DNA of 32,000 nucleotides from Caldivirga maquilingensis IC-167 (GTDB taxonomy: Archaea; Thermoproteota; Thermoprotei; Thermoproteales; Thermocladiaceae), in assembly GCF_000018305.1 (NCBI RefSeq), contig NC_009954.1, positions 390,001-422,000 on the forward strand. The letters are read 5' to 3'. Below the pieces are notes generated by a model. The model did no database searches, had not been told where the DNA came from, and was given only the letters and a program-made list of their open reading frames with translations. This document shows, in pieces, positions 6,441 to 15,134 of this stretch (position 1 is the stretch's first letter; every line of letters begins with the position of its first letter). A program made the translations under genes and the position numbers.

Positions 6441-7568
6441 TTATGTTGAATTATGATTCCCGTAACTCAACACGTAGTACTTCACCTTCTTTTTTCCAAC
6501 AACCTTAACCATAACAGTGGCTAAACCCCTGCTGGTTAATGAGTCCAGTGCCTTATATACTCCAAGTAGTGATCCCTCACCAATGGTCTTCCACACCCCA
6601 TAGGCTGTTAATGGAACACCCTTAGGTACCCTTGTTAATATTACATCCTGGAGACCCTGGTTTCTACTAATTCTCCCCACCTTAGTACTGAGGCCAGCCT
6701 TAACCTTAGGTGAACCAGATACTACTGCCACTGATTCATGAATTTCCTTGGCTGCCACGTAGGCTGAGGCTGAAATCGGTCTGGCGAAAACTGAGTGCTT
6801 GGCTAATTCAACCACTGCGTTAATAGTGTCCTCAGGTTTAACACCCATGAATTTAATACCCAATTCCCTTAATTGATCACCTATTGGGCTTTTAAGTGGA
6901 CCCACGTGGACGCCTATTATTTTAGGCATATTGCTGATAATGCCTTTATCCTCAAGCTCCATGAAGCCCTTAACTAAAGCAAGGGCTAATGCACCCCTCT
7001 CCACGGGTACTGTGACTGCCCTTAAGTCATTAAGCTGCTCAATTAATTCATAGGATATTGTCTTAAAACCCTCAATTAGGAGCGGGTCAAAGTAATCCAC
7101 TGAAGGGTTCTTAACGCAATTAACGCACACCCTAGTGCTTAACTTAGCCAGTATGAGTAAGTCCCTTGGATCAACATTGGAGTCAACGCTAACAGTAACC
7201 TTAGCACCAACCATGGATAAGTATAATGCCAGTGACCTGGTTAAATCCTCCTCGAAGGTTAACTCAACATCACCATTATTACTGACACTGGCTAAGACCG
7301 CTGAACCCCTATCATAATACGTACCGGTGGGGTTATTACCCTCGTACTTAATTACTACACCATTAATCCTCCTAATCCTAGTGAAGCCTTCACCAAGGCT
7401 AATAAGCCTACTGGGCTTCGGTAACTCATTAATGTACCTCCACACCCCAGGTAGGTTACTCCTATGAAACTTACTGAAATCAACCCTATAAAGTAGTGGT
7501 AATCCACACCTTGGGCATACCCCGGGTTCACTACTCCTGTAGCCGCATAGTATGCATGTAAACTCCAC
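6441..7568 (-). CDS. Threonine-synthase-fold (PLP fold type II) protein lacking PLP-binding residues, with an N-terminal zinc ribbon and a C-terminal winged-helix-like domain
   Basis: 375 aa. CxxC...CxxC ribbon (CILCGY...CPRCG). SLGEGFTRI...IKYEGNNPTGTYYDRG aligns to the ThrC signature LNPTGSFKDRG with Lys->Tyr. STGN is replaced by FEED and GNAGN by ERGAL. The C-terminal ~80 aa look wHTH-like. Confidence 0.7.
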   Translation of the reverse strand: MEFTCILCGYRSSEPGVCPRCGLPLLYRVDFSKFHRSNLPGVWRYINELPKPSRLISLGEGFTRIRRINGVVIKYEGNNPTGTYYDRGSAVLASVSNNGDVELTFEEDLTRSLALYLSMVGAKVTVSVDSNVDPRDLLILAKLSTRVCVNCVKNPSVDYFDPLLIEGFKTISYELIEQLNDLRAVTVPVERGALALALVKGFMELEDKGIISNMPKIIGVHVGPLKSPIGDQLRELGIKFMGVKPEDTINAVVELAKHSVFARPISASAYVAAKEIHESVAVVSGSPKVKAGLSTKVGRISRNQGLQDVILTRVPKGVPLTAYGVWKTIGEGSLLGVYKALDSLTSRGLATVMVKVVGKKKVKYYVLSYGNHNST

Positions 7569-7657
7569 GCGGTTACTGTATTGAATTTAGTTATATTAGT
7601 ATTGCGTCGTAATCATCAACACTTATGGATTAATTATATAATGGGGTAGCATGAGGG

Positions 7658-8095
7658 GTGGCTGTGGCTTACGTATCCTTCGATATTGATGGTACGTTAG
7701 TGGATTCAACCAGTAGGCTTAAGTTATGTTACGTTAACGGCTTCATTGACTGGGATTGCTTCCTAGACTGCAGTAAGCTTCACCTTGACTCACCACTGGT
7801 TAACGCCATTGAGTACGCTAATTCACTGGCTAGGAGGAAACTGGGTATACTACTGTTGACTGGGAGACCTGAGAGAATGAGACAATGCACCGTTAAGCAG
7901 CTCACCGGCTACGGGTTACTGGGTTTCGTTGACTTAATCATGAGGCCTAACGATAATCATGACCCAGACCCAGTCTATAAGGCTCAGGCCTTAGCTAAAG
8001 TACTGAGTAAGTACCCTGTGGTGGTGCATTTCGACGATAACCCGGACACGGTGAGGGCAATTAGGGGTATAGGTGTTGATGCAGTATTAGTGTGA
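7658..8095 (+). CDS. HAD-superfamily phosphatase-like protein
   Basis: 145 aa. Motif I is F-D-I-D-G-T-L-V-D (DxDxT); motif II-like is LLTGR; an acidic motif FDDNPD lies near the C-terminus. GTG start. Confidence 0.65.
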   Translation: MAVAYVSFDIDGTLVDSTSRLKLCYVNGFIDWDCFLDCSKLHLDSPLVNAIEYANSLARRKLGILLLTGRPERMRQCTVKQLTGYGLLGFVDLIMRPNDNHDPDPVYKAQALAKVLSKYPVVVHFDDNPDTVRAIRGIGVDAVLV

Positions 8096-8196
8096 ATCAA
8101 TGAGGTTTTACAGCAGCATGAGGACTTAGGGTTAATTACAGTGCTCATTATGGTTCATAGCGTAAGAGATATTAAAGCATAAGACTTGTTATAAGT

Positions 8197-8856
8197 GTGT
8201 TTAAGCCGTATAACCTTGAACAGGGAAAATTCCTAGTTAGGTTAGCTAGAAGGGCGGTGGAGGAGTTCATAAGAAGTAAGCGTATTATAAAGCCACCTGA
8301 GGATACGCCCAGTAGGCTGCTTGAGGATAATTACGGGGTCTTCACAACTATAGAAACCATTAGGGAGGATGGATCAACTGAATTAAGGGGATGCATAGGT
8401 TTCCCAAGGGGTAATGTTAATACGGTTAAGGCTACTATAAACAGTGCCCTAGCCGCTGCCTTTGATGACCCAAGGTTTGCGCCACTTGATGTTAATGAAC
8501 TTGAGTCCGTGATATTTGAAGTAAGTGTATTAAGTCCCCTTGAGGAGGCTAAGTTTAATTCCCCTAAGGAATTAGTTAACTTAGTTAAGGTTGGTGTCCA
8601 CGGCTTAGTAATAGAGAGGGGGATGTATAGTGGGTTGCTTCTTCCTCAAGTACCCGTTGAGTACTGTTGGGATACAGTAATGTTCCTTGATGAGGCTTGT
8701 GAGAAGGCTTACCTAAGGCCTGAGTGCTGGGCTGAGAAGGGTACTAGGGTTTACACCTATGAGGCTCAAATATTTAGGGAAAAGGGGCCTAGGGGGGATG
8801 TTTATGAAAGGGATCTTATTGAGGAATTAAAGAAGTGTCACCTTGATGAGGCATAA
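8197..8856 (+). CDS. AMMECR1 domain protein
   Basis: 219 aa with the hallmark motifs LRGCIGF and HG-L-x-I-E...G-L-L-L-P-Q-V. GTG start with a TATA-like box (GATATTAAAGCATAAG) about 25 nt upstream. Confidence 0.9.
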   Translation: MFKPYNLEQGKFLVRLARRAVEEFIRSKRIIKPPEDTPSRLLEDNYGVFTTIETIREDGSTELRGCIGFPRGNVNTVKATINSALAAAFDDPRFAPLDVNELESVIFEVSVLSPLEEAKFNSPKELVNLVKVGVHGLVIERGMYSGLLLPQVPVEYCWDTVMFLDEACEKAYLRPECWAEKGTRVYTYEAQIFREKGPRGDVYERDLIEELKKCHLDEA

Positions 8857-9491
8857 TTACCCACTAGTCTTTTAATTACATTAACGTCAACATTAGATAA
8901 TGGTTTACTGGACACTATTATGGAGTACAGGGTGTCCTCAACAATGGGGACTACGTAAATACTGACCCCATCCTTAACTATGCTCATGTAGCTTAACTTA
9001 TCCCTACTCACCATGGTTACGTAATCATTCAATGATTCAAAGGGGTAGTCGCCATCCCTCTCAATCACCTTGTGGCTAACTGCATCAACTAGGGCTAAGG
9101 CATCCACATTAACCATATCCCTAACCTCACTTAAGCTTGAGGGAGCATAACTAATCATCATCACTGGGGATTCCTGCTGAGTGAATTGACGTGTTGCTAA
9201 TTCACTCACCCTCTTATTAATCTCACTGATCATTAACGTTAAGCCCTCTATCCTACTGATTAACTCATTCCTAAGCGAATCCACTGAGGATTGACTGGTT
9301 TGTTCATCAACCTGTTGGGTACCCATGCCCTGACCCCCTGGGTTTTGCCGTATATTTATGTTGCTTAAATTACCGGTTGAGGATGATGAATCCTTAACCC
9401 CGCCCCTCCTACCCCTTCTAACAGCCAGTAGGATGACTACTAAGGCCACTATTACTACAGCAGCTATCAGTACTATGTTTATTATGCTCAT
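8838..9491 (-). CDS. Membrane-anchored protein: N-terminal TM helix, S/Q/G-rich linker, short coiled coil, globular C-terminal domain
   Basis: 217 aa. MSIINIVLIAAVVIVALVVILLAV is followed by RRGRRG (positive-inside). The C-terminal ~110 aa alternate beta and alpha segments (possibly Roadblock/LC7-like; weak). Confidence 0.5.
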   Translation of the reverse strand: MSIINIVLIAAVVIVALVVILLAVRRGRRGGVKDSSSSTGNLSNINIRQNPGGQGMGTQQVDEQTSQSSVDSLRNELISRIEGLTLMISEINKRVSELATRQFTQQESPVMMISYAPSSLSEVRDMVNVDALALVDAVSHKVIERDGDYPFESLNDYVTMVSRDKLSYMSIVKDGVSIYVVPIVEDTLYSIIVSSKPLSNVDVNVIKRLVGNYASSR

Positions 9492-9530
9492 TGTGTGTTA
9501 GTTCACTGTATTAAATATAAAAATATTGCC

Positions 9531-10547
9531 CTACATCCTAATGGGGGTAATGGTTAGGAGGGGTATGAGGAATAGGCACATGATTGATAGGCCTAGGCCA
9601 ATACTATGAATAACCTTACCGGTTAACATTGATGTAGTTAACGCTGAAGCCAGTAGTATTATTGATGGTACATGGTAATTGAAGGGTGAAGCCAAGGAGG
9701 CGTTAACTGCTGTTGCTGAGATTGTGCTATTTATGAATTTAAGGAACTCAATTAACGCAATGTAGTTAATGGGGATTAATAACCCGTAAACCACGTTATC
9801 CCTAAACATTACTCTAATTTGAAAAACCAGTGAATCAACCACCCTAGCCGCCCTGGTTACGAAGTATGGTGCACCAATACTGTAGGCTATATCCCTTATC
9901 CTCGAGAACTCGCGTTCAATAATTGATGAACCCGTAATCTCCCTTGGATTAGGATTCCACGTTAACTCAAGTATAGGCTCCATGATCTTCCTCTCCAGGT
10001 TAGTGATGAGTCTTATGAAGTTGAGGAATTGAGGCATGTATAGTATTGAGAAACCTAGGGAGAAGGCTAATATTGTGTAACCTAGGGAACGCGTACTTAA
10101 GTACAATATTAATGCTGATGCAAAGCCAATTACAGTGGGCTTAACGTAGTCATAATCATATAGCTTCAATTGATTAACATGAATAAGGGGTATTAGCATT
10201 AATGGAGCTATGACAAGTATTGAATCAGCTAACCCAGCACCTATTAGCATTATCATTAAGGCCTCAAGCATAATTAATGCCGTTGTCAGCATCAGTACGC
10301 TTAAATTAACCTCACTACTCATCCTCCTCCAATCCTCAACCATATTACTGAACCTCTGATTAAGGAATTCAAAGTAGGCGTCGTAGCTTATACCGCTTTG
10401 CTCATAATGCCTAGCCATTGTTAACAATGCCTTACCACCCTTAGTTAACTCAACATTATCACCAATCAACCTAATAGCCTCCTCATAACCAACCAAGGGT
10501 GACATTAAAACCAGTAGAGTTAAGTTGACTAATTCCCTAATTCTCAC
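9531..10547 (-). CDS. Polytopic membrane protein, function unknown (weak resemblance to T2SS-F/TadC/FlaJ-type platform proteins)
   Basis: 338 aa. A soluble helical N-terminal segment is followed by several TM helices and then a second soluble segment plus TM cluster, an architecture reminiscent of T2SS-F repeats. No partner ATPase is nearby. Confidence 0.5.
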   Translation of the reverse strand: MRIRELVNLTLLVLMSPLVGYEEAIRLIGDNVELTKGGKALLTMARHYEQSGISYDAYFEFLNQRFSNMVEDWRRMSSEVNLSVLMLTTALIMLEALMIMLIGAGLADSILVIAPLMLIPLIHVNQLKLYDYDYVKPTVIGFASALILYLSTRSLGYTILAFSLGFSILYMPQFLNFIRLITNLERKIMEPILELTWNPNPREITGSSIIEREFSRIRDIAYSIGAPYFVTRAARVVDSLVFQIRVMFRDNVVYGLLIPINYIALIEFLKFINSTISATAVNASLASPFNYHVPSIILLASALTTSMLTGKVIHSIGLGLSIMCLFLIPLLTITPIRM

Positions 10548-10749
10548 ACCCTAATTACTGAGTATCTTAAATCCACATGCAGGCATGTAGGTTAATGTTT
10601 AAAACACCATAACCCTACATTACATTACGCTTATTAATATTGAATACCCATGAGACTTTAAGCGCAATGAATTTACGCATGCATCCTGGTTTAATTCAAG
10701 TTAACTTTAATAACATTGATTCAATACTAAGGATTAATGGTGATTTTAA

Positions 10750-11619
10750 TTAGGCTTCACTTAGGAAGCGCCAAGACAGTACTATCCCTATAGCCGAGAA
10801 CACGACTGCGAATATTGTTAAGTATAGGAAGTCCATGGGTACACTGAATGATGATGCACCCAGTAGTAATCCCCTGGTTACATCATTAACGTACGTTAAT
10901 GGGTTTATGTAGGCTATTGGTCTAAGCCACCAGGGCATCATCTTTATTGGGTAGAAGGAGTTGCTTGCGAACATTAAGGGCATGTTAAGTAGATTTATTA
11001 TAGCCATTTGGGACTGCCAATTAGTTGAACGAAGTGCTAGGGTTAGGTACAGTGATGAGAATCCTAGGGAAAGCAGCGTTAATGCAGCGTAGACGCCGAC
11101 TACGCTTAAGGCGAATTCAAGGGGGGTTAACTTGGTGTTGAACTTCATGCCTAGGAGCACGGCTATTAGCAGCACTATGGTGGCTTGGGCAAGTGACCTT
11201 ATCACTGAGTTAAGTACCTTACCCATTATTATACTACCCCTAGGCACTGGTGTTGTAAGTAACTTACCCAATACACCCAGTCTCCTATCCCACACTATAC
11301 TCATTCCACTATTCATTGCTGTGAAGAAGGTTATTTGAGCAACCATTGATGCAGCTAGGAAGGAGAAGTAGTCCGTTGTCCCGAAGGTTGACTTTAAGTA
11401 GGCTTGGGCTATTTGATCAATAATCTGCTTAGGTATGTTTAATCCAGGTATGTTAACGCTACCGTTAGTGAATATTGAGGTCATGTTCATTGACTTACCG
11501 AAGAATGCTAACCAAACTATTGGCTGAATTAACGTTACTATTAGGACCACTGGCGCCTTATACCACTTCTTAAGTTCCCTATCAGTTAAAGCCCATAGAC
11601 CATGGAGTGGATTACCCAT
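10750..11619 (-). CDS. ABC-2 type transporter permease
   Basis: 289 aa, 6 TM pattern, directly downstream (6-nt gap) of a DrrA-like ATPase. N-terminal motif REL/KKW..P typical of ABC-2 permeases. Confidence 0.8.
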   Translation of the reverse strand: MGNPLHGLWALTDRELKKWYKAPVVLIVTLIQPIVWLAFFGKSMNMTSIFTNGSVNIPGLNIPKQIIDQIAQAYLKSTFGTTDYFSFLAASMVAQITFFTAMNSGMSIVWDRRLGVLGKLLTTPVPRGSIIMGKVLNSVIRSLAQATIVLLIAVLLGMKFNTKLTPLEFALSVVGVYAALTLLSLGFSSLYLTLALRSTNWQSQMAIINLLNMPLMFASNSFYPIKMMPWWLRPIAYINPLTYVNDVTRGLLLGASSFSVPMDFLYLTIFAVVFSAIGIVLSWRFLSEA

Positions 11620-11625
11620 TCCCCA

Positions 11626-12654
11626 TCACCTCCTGGCAGTACTTATAATCCTCCTCATGGCCATAGCCTCCTCCCTACTACCCCACTCATCCCTTAGACT
11701 ATGGCCCGTGTACTCCATGAAGACCTCATCCATTGACGGCTCCTTAATAGATATACTCATTACCCTAATCCCAGCCTTACTCAATATATCGAAGATTACA
11801 GGCACAGCTCTGCTCCCATCCTTAACCTTAAACCTAACGTAACCCTCAACAACCCTAACATCACTTAAACCATCAACACCTTGAAGCACCTTAACCGCAA
11901 GTTCAGGATTACCAGCGACCTGTATCGAAACAACATCACCACCAATACTCTCCTTTAAGTCCCTAGGCGTCCCCATGGCAAGTATCTTACCGTGATCAAT
12001 TATGGCTATCCTATCACAGTACTGGTCAGCCTCCTCAAGGTAGTGGGTGGTGACGAATATTGTCGTACCCAATTGCTCCTTAAGCTTATAGACATATGAC
12101 CATATTGCTGCCCTAGTCTGTGCATCAAGACCTAGTGTTGGTTCATCGAGGAACAGTATTTTAGGTGTATTAATTAGACCCATGGCTATCTCAAGCCTTC
12201 TCCTCATACCACCGGAGTATGTTTCAACCTTCCTATCCGCTGCGTGGGATAATTCAACTAGGTTAAGTAACTCAGTAGCCCTCTCCTTAGCCTCCTTCTT
12301 AGGTATCCCGTAGAGACTAGCTATTAGCATTAGGTTCTCCCAACCTGTTAAATCCTCATCACTAGTGTACTCCTGGGGAACAACACCAATTGATTCCCTT
12401 ACCTTGGCAGGTTGCTTAACAATATCGTAACCATTCACTAATGCAGTACCTTCAGTGGGCCTAGTCACGGTGGTCAGCATCTTTATGGTGGTTGTCTTAC
12501 CAGCACCATTGGGGCCTAGGAAACCGAAAACCTCACCGTACTTTACATCGAAGTTAATGTGATCCACGGCTAATATTGGGCCATAACGCTTAGTCAGGTT
12601 TATAGCCTTTATGGCTGAATCTGATGACATAGCTACTCGATATCGGTGCTGCAA
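11626..12654 (-). CDS. ABC transporter ATP-binding protein (DrrA/CcmA-like, with a C-terminal extra domain)
   Basis: Walker A GPNGAGKTT, signature YSGGMRRRL, Walker B LFLDEPTLGLD, H-loop TTHY. The track start is TTG at 12654; the ATG at 12630 (MSSDSAIK...) is a more likely start. Confidence 0.9.
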   Translation of the reverse strand: MQHRYRVAMSSDSAIKAINLTKRYGPILAVDHINFDVKYGEVFGFLGPNGAGKTTTIKMLTTVTRPTEGTALVNGYDIVKQPAKVRESIGVVPQEYTSDEDLTGWENLMLIASLYGIPKKEAKERATELLNLVELSHAADRKVETYSGGMRRRLEIAMGLINTPKILFLDEPTLGLDAQTRAAIWSYVYKLKEQLGTTIFVTTHYLEEADQYCDRIAIIDHGKILAMGTPRDLKESIGGDVVSIQVAGNPELAVKVLQGVDGLSDVRVVEGYVRFKVKDGSRAVPVIFDILSKAGIRVMSISIKEPSMDEVFMEYTGHSLRDEWGSREEAMAMRRIISTARR

Positions 12655-12694
12655 CTCAGCTTATAAACGTTTCTACTCAATTAATGCATGGCAG

Positions 12695-13051
12695 TTAACC
12701 AGCCTCCTTATTCTCAATCCCCCTTGAGCCGAATAGGTTAATATTCCTTATCCTCATCCTAACAGCACTATCAACCCAATGCCAATACATTACCTTAGGC
12801 TCATTGAATCTATAGCATAGTAAAGCATCATAACTACCCCTATATAGTGTTGGGAAGTGAATGATACCGAGCCTAGGGTTTATGCTGAAGCCAAGCCTGT
12901 GTGATAATTTAATCAACCATCTTGACTGTTCACGTATGATGCCTAGTTCACCCTCCTTATACGCCTCCATTAAACCCCCTAATACTGGTTTAATTTCCAT
13001 GACTATTGCATTAGCCTCATTAACCGTGAAGACGTGGGTGCCTCTACCCAT
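12695..13051 (-). CDS. Hypothetical protein (118 aa)
   Basis: ORF track. ATG start, divergent from rrp4. No family assigned with confidence. Confidence 0.45.
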   Translation of the reverse strand: MGRGTHVFTVNEANAIVMEIKPVLGGLMEAYKEGELGIIREQSRWLIKLSHRLGFSINPRLGIIHFPTLYRGSYDALLCYRFNEPKVMYWHWVDSAVRMRIRNINLFGSRGIENKEAG

Positions 13052-13203
13052 GACTTAACCTTAACTACGGCTGCATTTAAGCGTAATTAATCTAGGGATT
13101 ACTGGGTTTATAGAGTTGACTAAAAGTATTAAACCAGTAATTAACATTGCAAGATTAGTGATCATAAGCAACGCTTATTATTCCCAGTCAAGTACCCCCA
13201 CTT

Positions 13204-13926
13204 ATGCTTAACGTTACTGATAGGATGATAGTGCTGCCTGGGGATTTAATTGGTGGGAGGAGTAATGATTACGTCATAGTTGGGTCAGTGTACTGGGAGG
13301 GTGATAAGGCGTACGCCTCAACAGTAGCTATGATTAATATTAAGGGTGACGTGAAGCCAATGGAGGTTCAAGTAATACCACTGAATGGAGCCTATAAGCC
13401 GAGGCAGGGGGATATAGTGATAGGCTACGTAATAGATATACTGGTTAACGGGTGGGAGATTGACATTAAGTCCCCGTACTCGGCCTACTTACCCATTAAT
13501 GAAGCCACATTGAAGCCTGTTGATGTCGTCACCGCAGATTTAAGAAACATACTTAACATAGGTGATATTGTTCTCGCTAAAATAAGCGACTTCAATCTAG
13601 CTAAGGATTACCCAGTGACATTAACCATAAAGGAATCTAGGCTAGGTAGGATTGAGGATGGGACTGTTATTGAAATAGACCCAGTTAAAGTACCCAGGGT
13701 TATAGGGAAGAGGGGATCTATGGTGAATATGTTTAAGGATGAACTTAACTGCGACGTAACGGTGGGCCAGAATGGTAGGATATGGGTTAGGTGTAGGAAT
13801 AAACGTGATGAATTATTCGTATCACAGACTATTAAATTCATTGAGAAGGAGAGTCATCAAAGTGGATTAATGGATAAGGTTAAGGCAATAATACAGAATT
13901 ATAAGTCTACATCAGGGTTACCGTAA
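13204..13926 (+). CDS. rrp4: Exosome complex RNA-binding subunit Rrp4 (N-terminal domain + S1 + KH)
   Basis: 240 aa. VIPLNGAYKPRQGDIVIGYVIDILVNGWEIDIKSPYSAYLP (S1) and DPVKVPRVIGKRGSMVNM...VGQNGRIWV (KH) closely track the archaeal Rrp4 consensus as I remember it from Sulfolobus Rrp4. Confidence 0.85.
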   Translation: MLNVTDRMIVLPGDLIGGRSNDYVIVGSVYWEGDKAYASTVAMINIKGDVKPMEVQVIPLNGAYKPRQGDIVIGYVIDILVNGWEIDIKSPYSAYLPINEATLKPVDVVTADLRNILNIGDIVLAKISDFNLAKDYPVTLTIKESRLGRIEDGTVIEIDPVKVPRVIGKRGSMVNMFKDELNCDVTVGQNGRIWVRCRNKRDELFVSQTIKFIEKESHQSGLMDKVKAIIQNYKSTSGLP

Positions 13927-14010
13927 CATACTCAATAACCATAGGTACGGTGGCTAAGGGTTAAGCACTTAAGTAAGTTTAAATACTATGTTACTCAGCA
14001 AGTTACTGAA

Positions 14011-14313
14011 ATGGGTAAGAAGGATTACTGGGTGGTGTGGAGGATTAACATTGATTCAACAGTAAGTAGGAGTAATGGTAGGGTGGTGCCCAGGCAGTTG
14101 GCTGTTGATAAGCCTACATTAGAGGAAATAGCTAAGGCAGCCTCAATGCTTGGGCTTAAGTATGAAGCCCACCCTGAGAAGAAGCATCCTAGGCATTGGT
14201 TTGAGGAGGATTACGTAGGCTGCATATACGTTTACAAGGTTGATGACTATAGTAGGAGAAGCCTTATTAAGAAACTAGCCCAAATAGTGAAGAGTAGTAG
14301 GAGGGGTGGTTAA
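14011..14313 (+). CDS. srp19: Signal recognition particle protein SRP19
   Basis: 100 aa. The N-terminal VVWRINIDSTVSRSNGRVVPR matches the SRP19 signature (W-P-x-Y-x-D-x-x-x-S-R-x-x-G-R-x-V). Confidence 0.8.
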   Translation: MGKKDYWVVWRINIDSTVSRSNGRVVPRQLAVDKPTLEEIAKAASMLGLKYEAHPEKKHPRHWFEEDYVGCIYVYKVDDYSRRSLIKKLAQIVKSSRRGG

Positions 14314-15052
14314 CATTCTTGCAGTATTCATTACCGGCACAGCGGGCTCAGGGAAGTCAACCTTAACCTCAGCCCTAGCCGACTACCTGGAGAATCAGGA
14401 TAATTACGTCAGTATACTTAACCTAGATCCAGCAGCCGAGTACTTACCCTACACTCCTGACATTGATATTAGGGATTACGTATCGGCTAGGAGCATAATG
14501 AGGAAGTATAAACTTGGCCCAAACGCATCATTAATAGCGGCCGTTGACCTAATGGTGACTAGGATTGATGACATTAAACAGCAGATAAGTGACCTGGACC
14601 CAACCTACCTAATAGTGGATACACCTGGTCAGCTTGAAATGTTCGCCTTCAGGGATACGGGGCCCTTAATTGTGGATAGGTTATCCATGGATAAGTCCAT
14701 GGTCCTCTTCGTAATAGACTCAGTGCATGCAAGAACCCCACTTGGCCTTGCCTCAAGCCTACTCCTATCACTATCAGTGCAGTTAAGGATACAGAAGACC
14801 CAGATTAACGTGCTTAATAAGGCTGATTTACTTACTGAGGAGGAGATTGAGGATATTGAGAACATGATTGAGGACCCAGATTACCTGGAGGTTAAAGGTG
14901 GGTCAGAGTTAGTGTCAAGGATAGGTGGGGTGATTAGAAGCGTCAACATTCTGCCTGAGCCAATACCCGTGAGTTCAGTTAATGGGCAGGGATTAGATAG
15001 GCTTCACGCCATAATGGAGCAGGTACTGACCGGTGGCGATAAGCCCTCGTAG
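14306..15052 (+). CDS. GPN-loop GTPase
   Basis: 248 aa. P-loop GTAGSGKST, the eponymous G-P-N motif (KLGPNASL), DTPGQLE (G3) and NKAD (G4). Its start overlaps the srp19 stop by 8 nt. Confidence 0.9.
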   Translation: MVNILAVFITGTAGSGKSTLTSALADYLENQDNYVSILNLDPAAEYLPYTPDIDIRDYVSARSIMRKYKLGPNASLIAAVDLMVTRIDDIKQQISDLDPTYLIVDTPGQLEMFAFRDTGPLIVDRLSMDKSMVLFVIDSVHARTPLGLASSLLLSLSVQLRIQKTQINVLNKADLLTEEEIEDIENMIEDPDYLEVKGGSELVSRIGGVIRSVNILPEPIPVSSVNGQGLDRLHAIMEQVLTGGDKPS

Positions 15053-15134
15053 GATTACACCAGGCTACTGGAGTAATTCTGAGTGAACATGCAGTATGAC
15101 TGCATAGCTTAATACCTGGGTTAAATGAACCCCT

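Noticed and set aside
9531-10547. Calling this gene flaJ/tadC outright
   Set aside because: The resemblance rests only on architecture judged by eye. No ATPase or pilin genes are nearby. It is kept as a low-confidence note.
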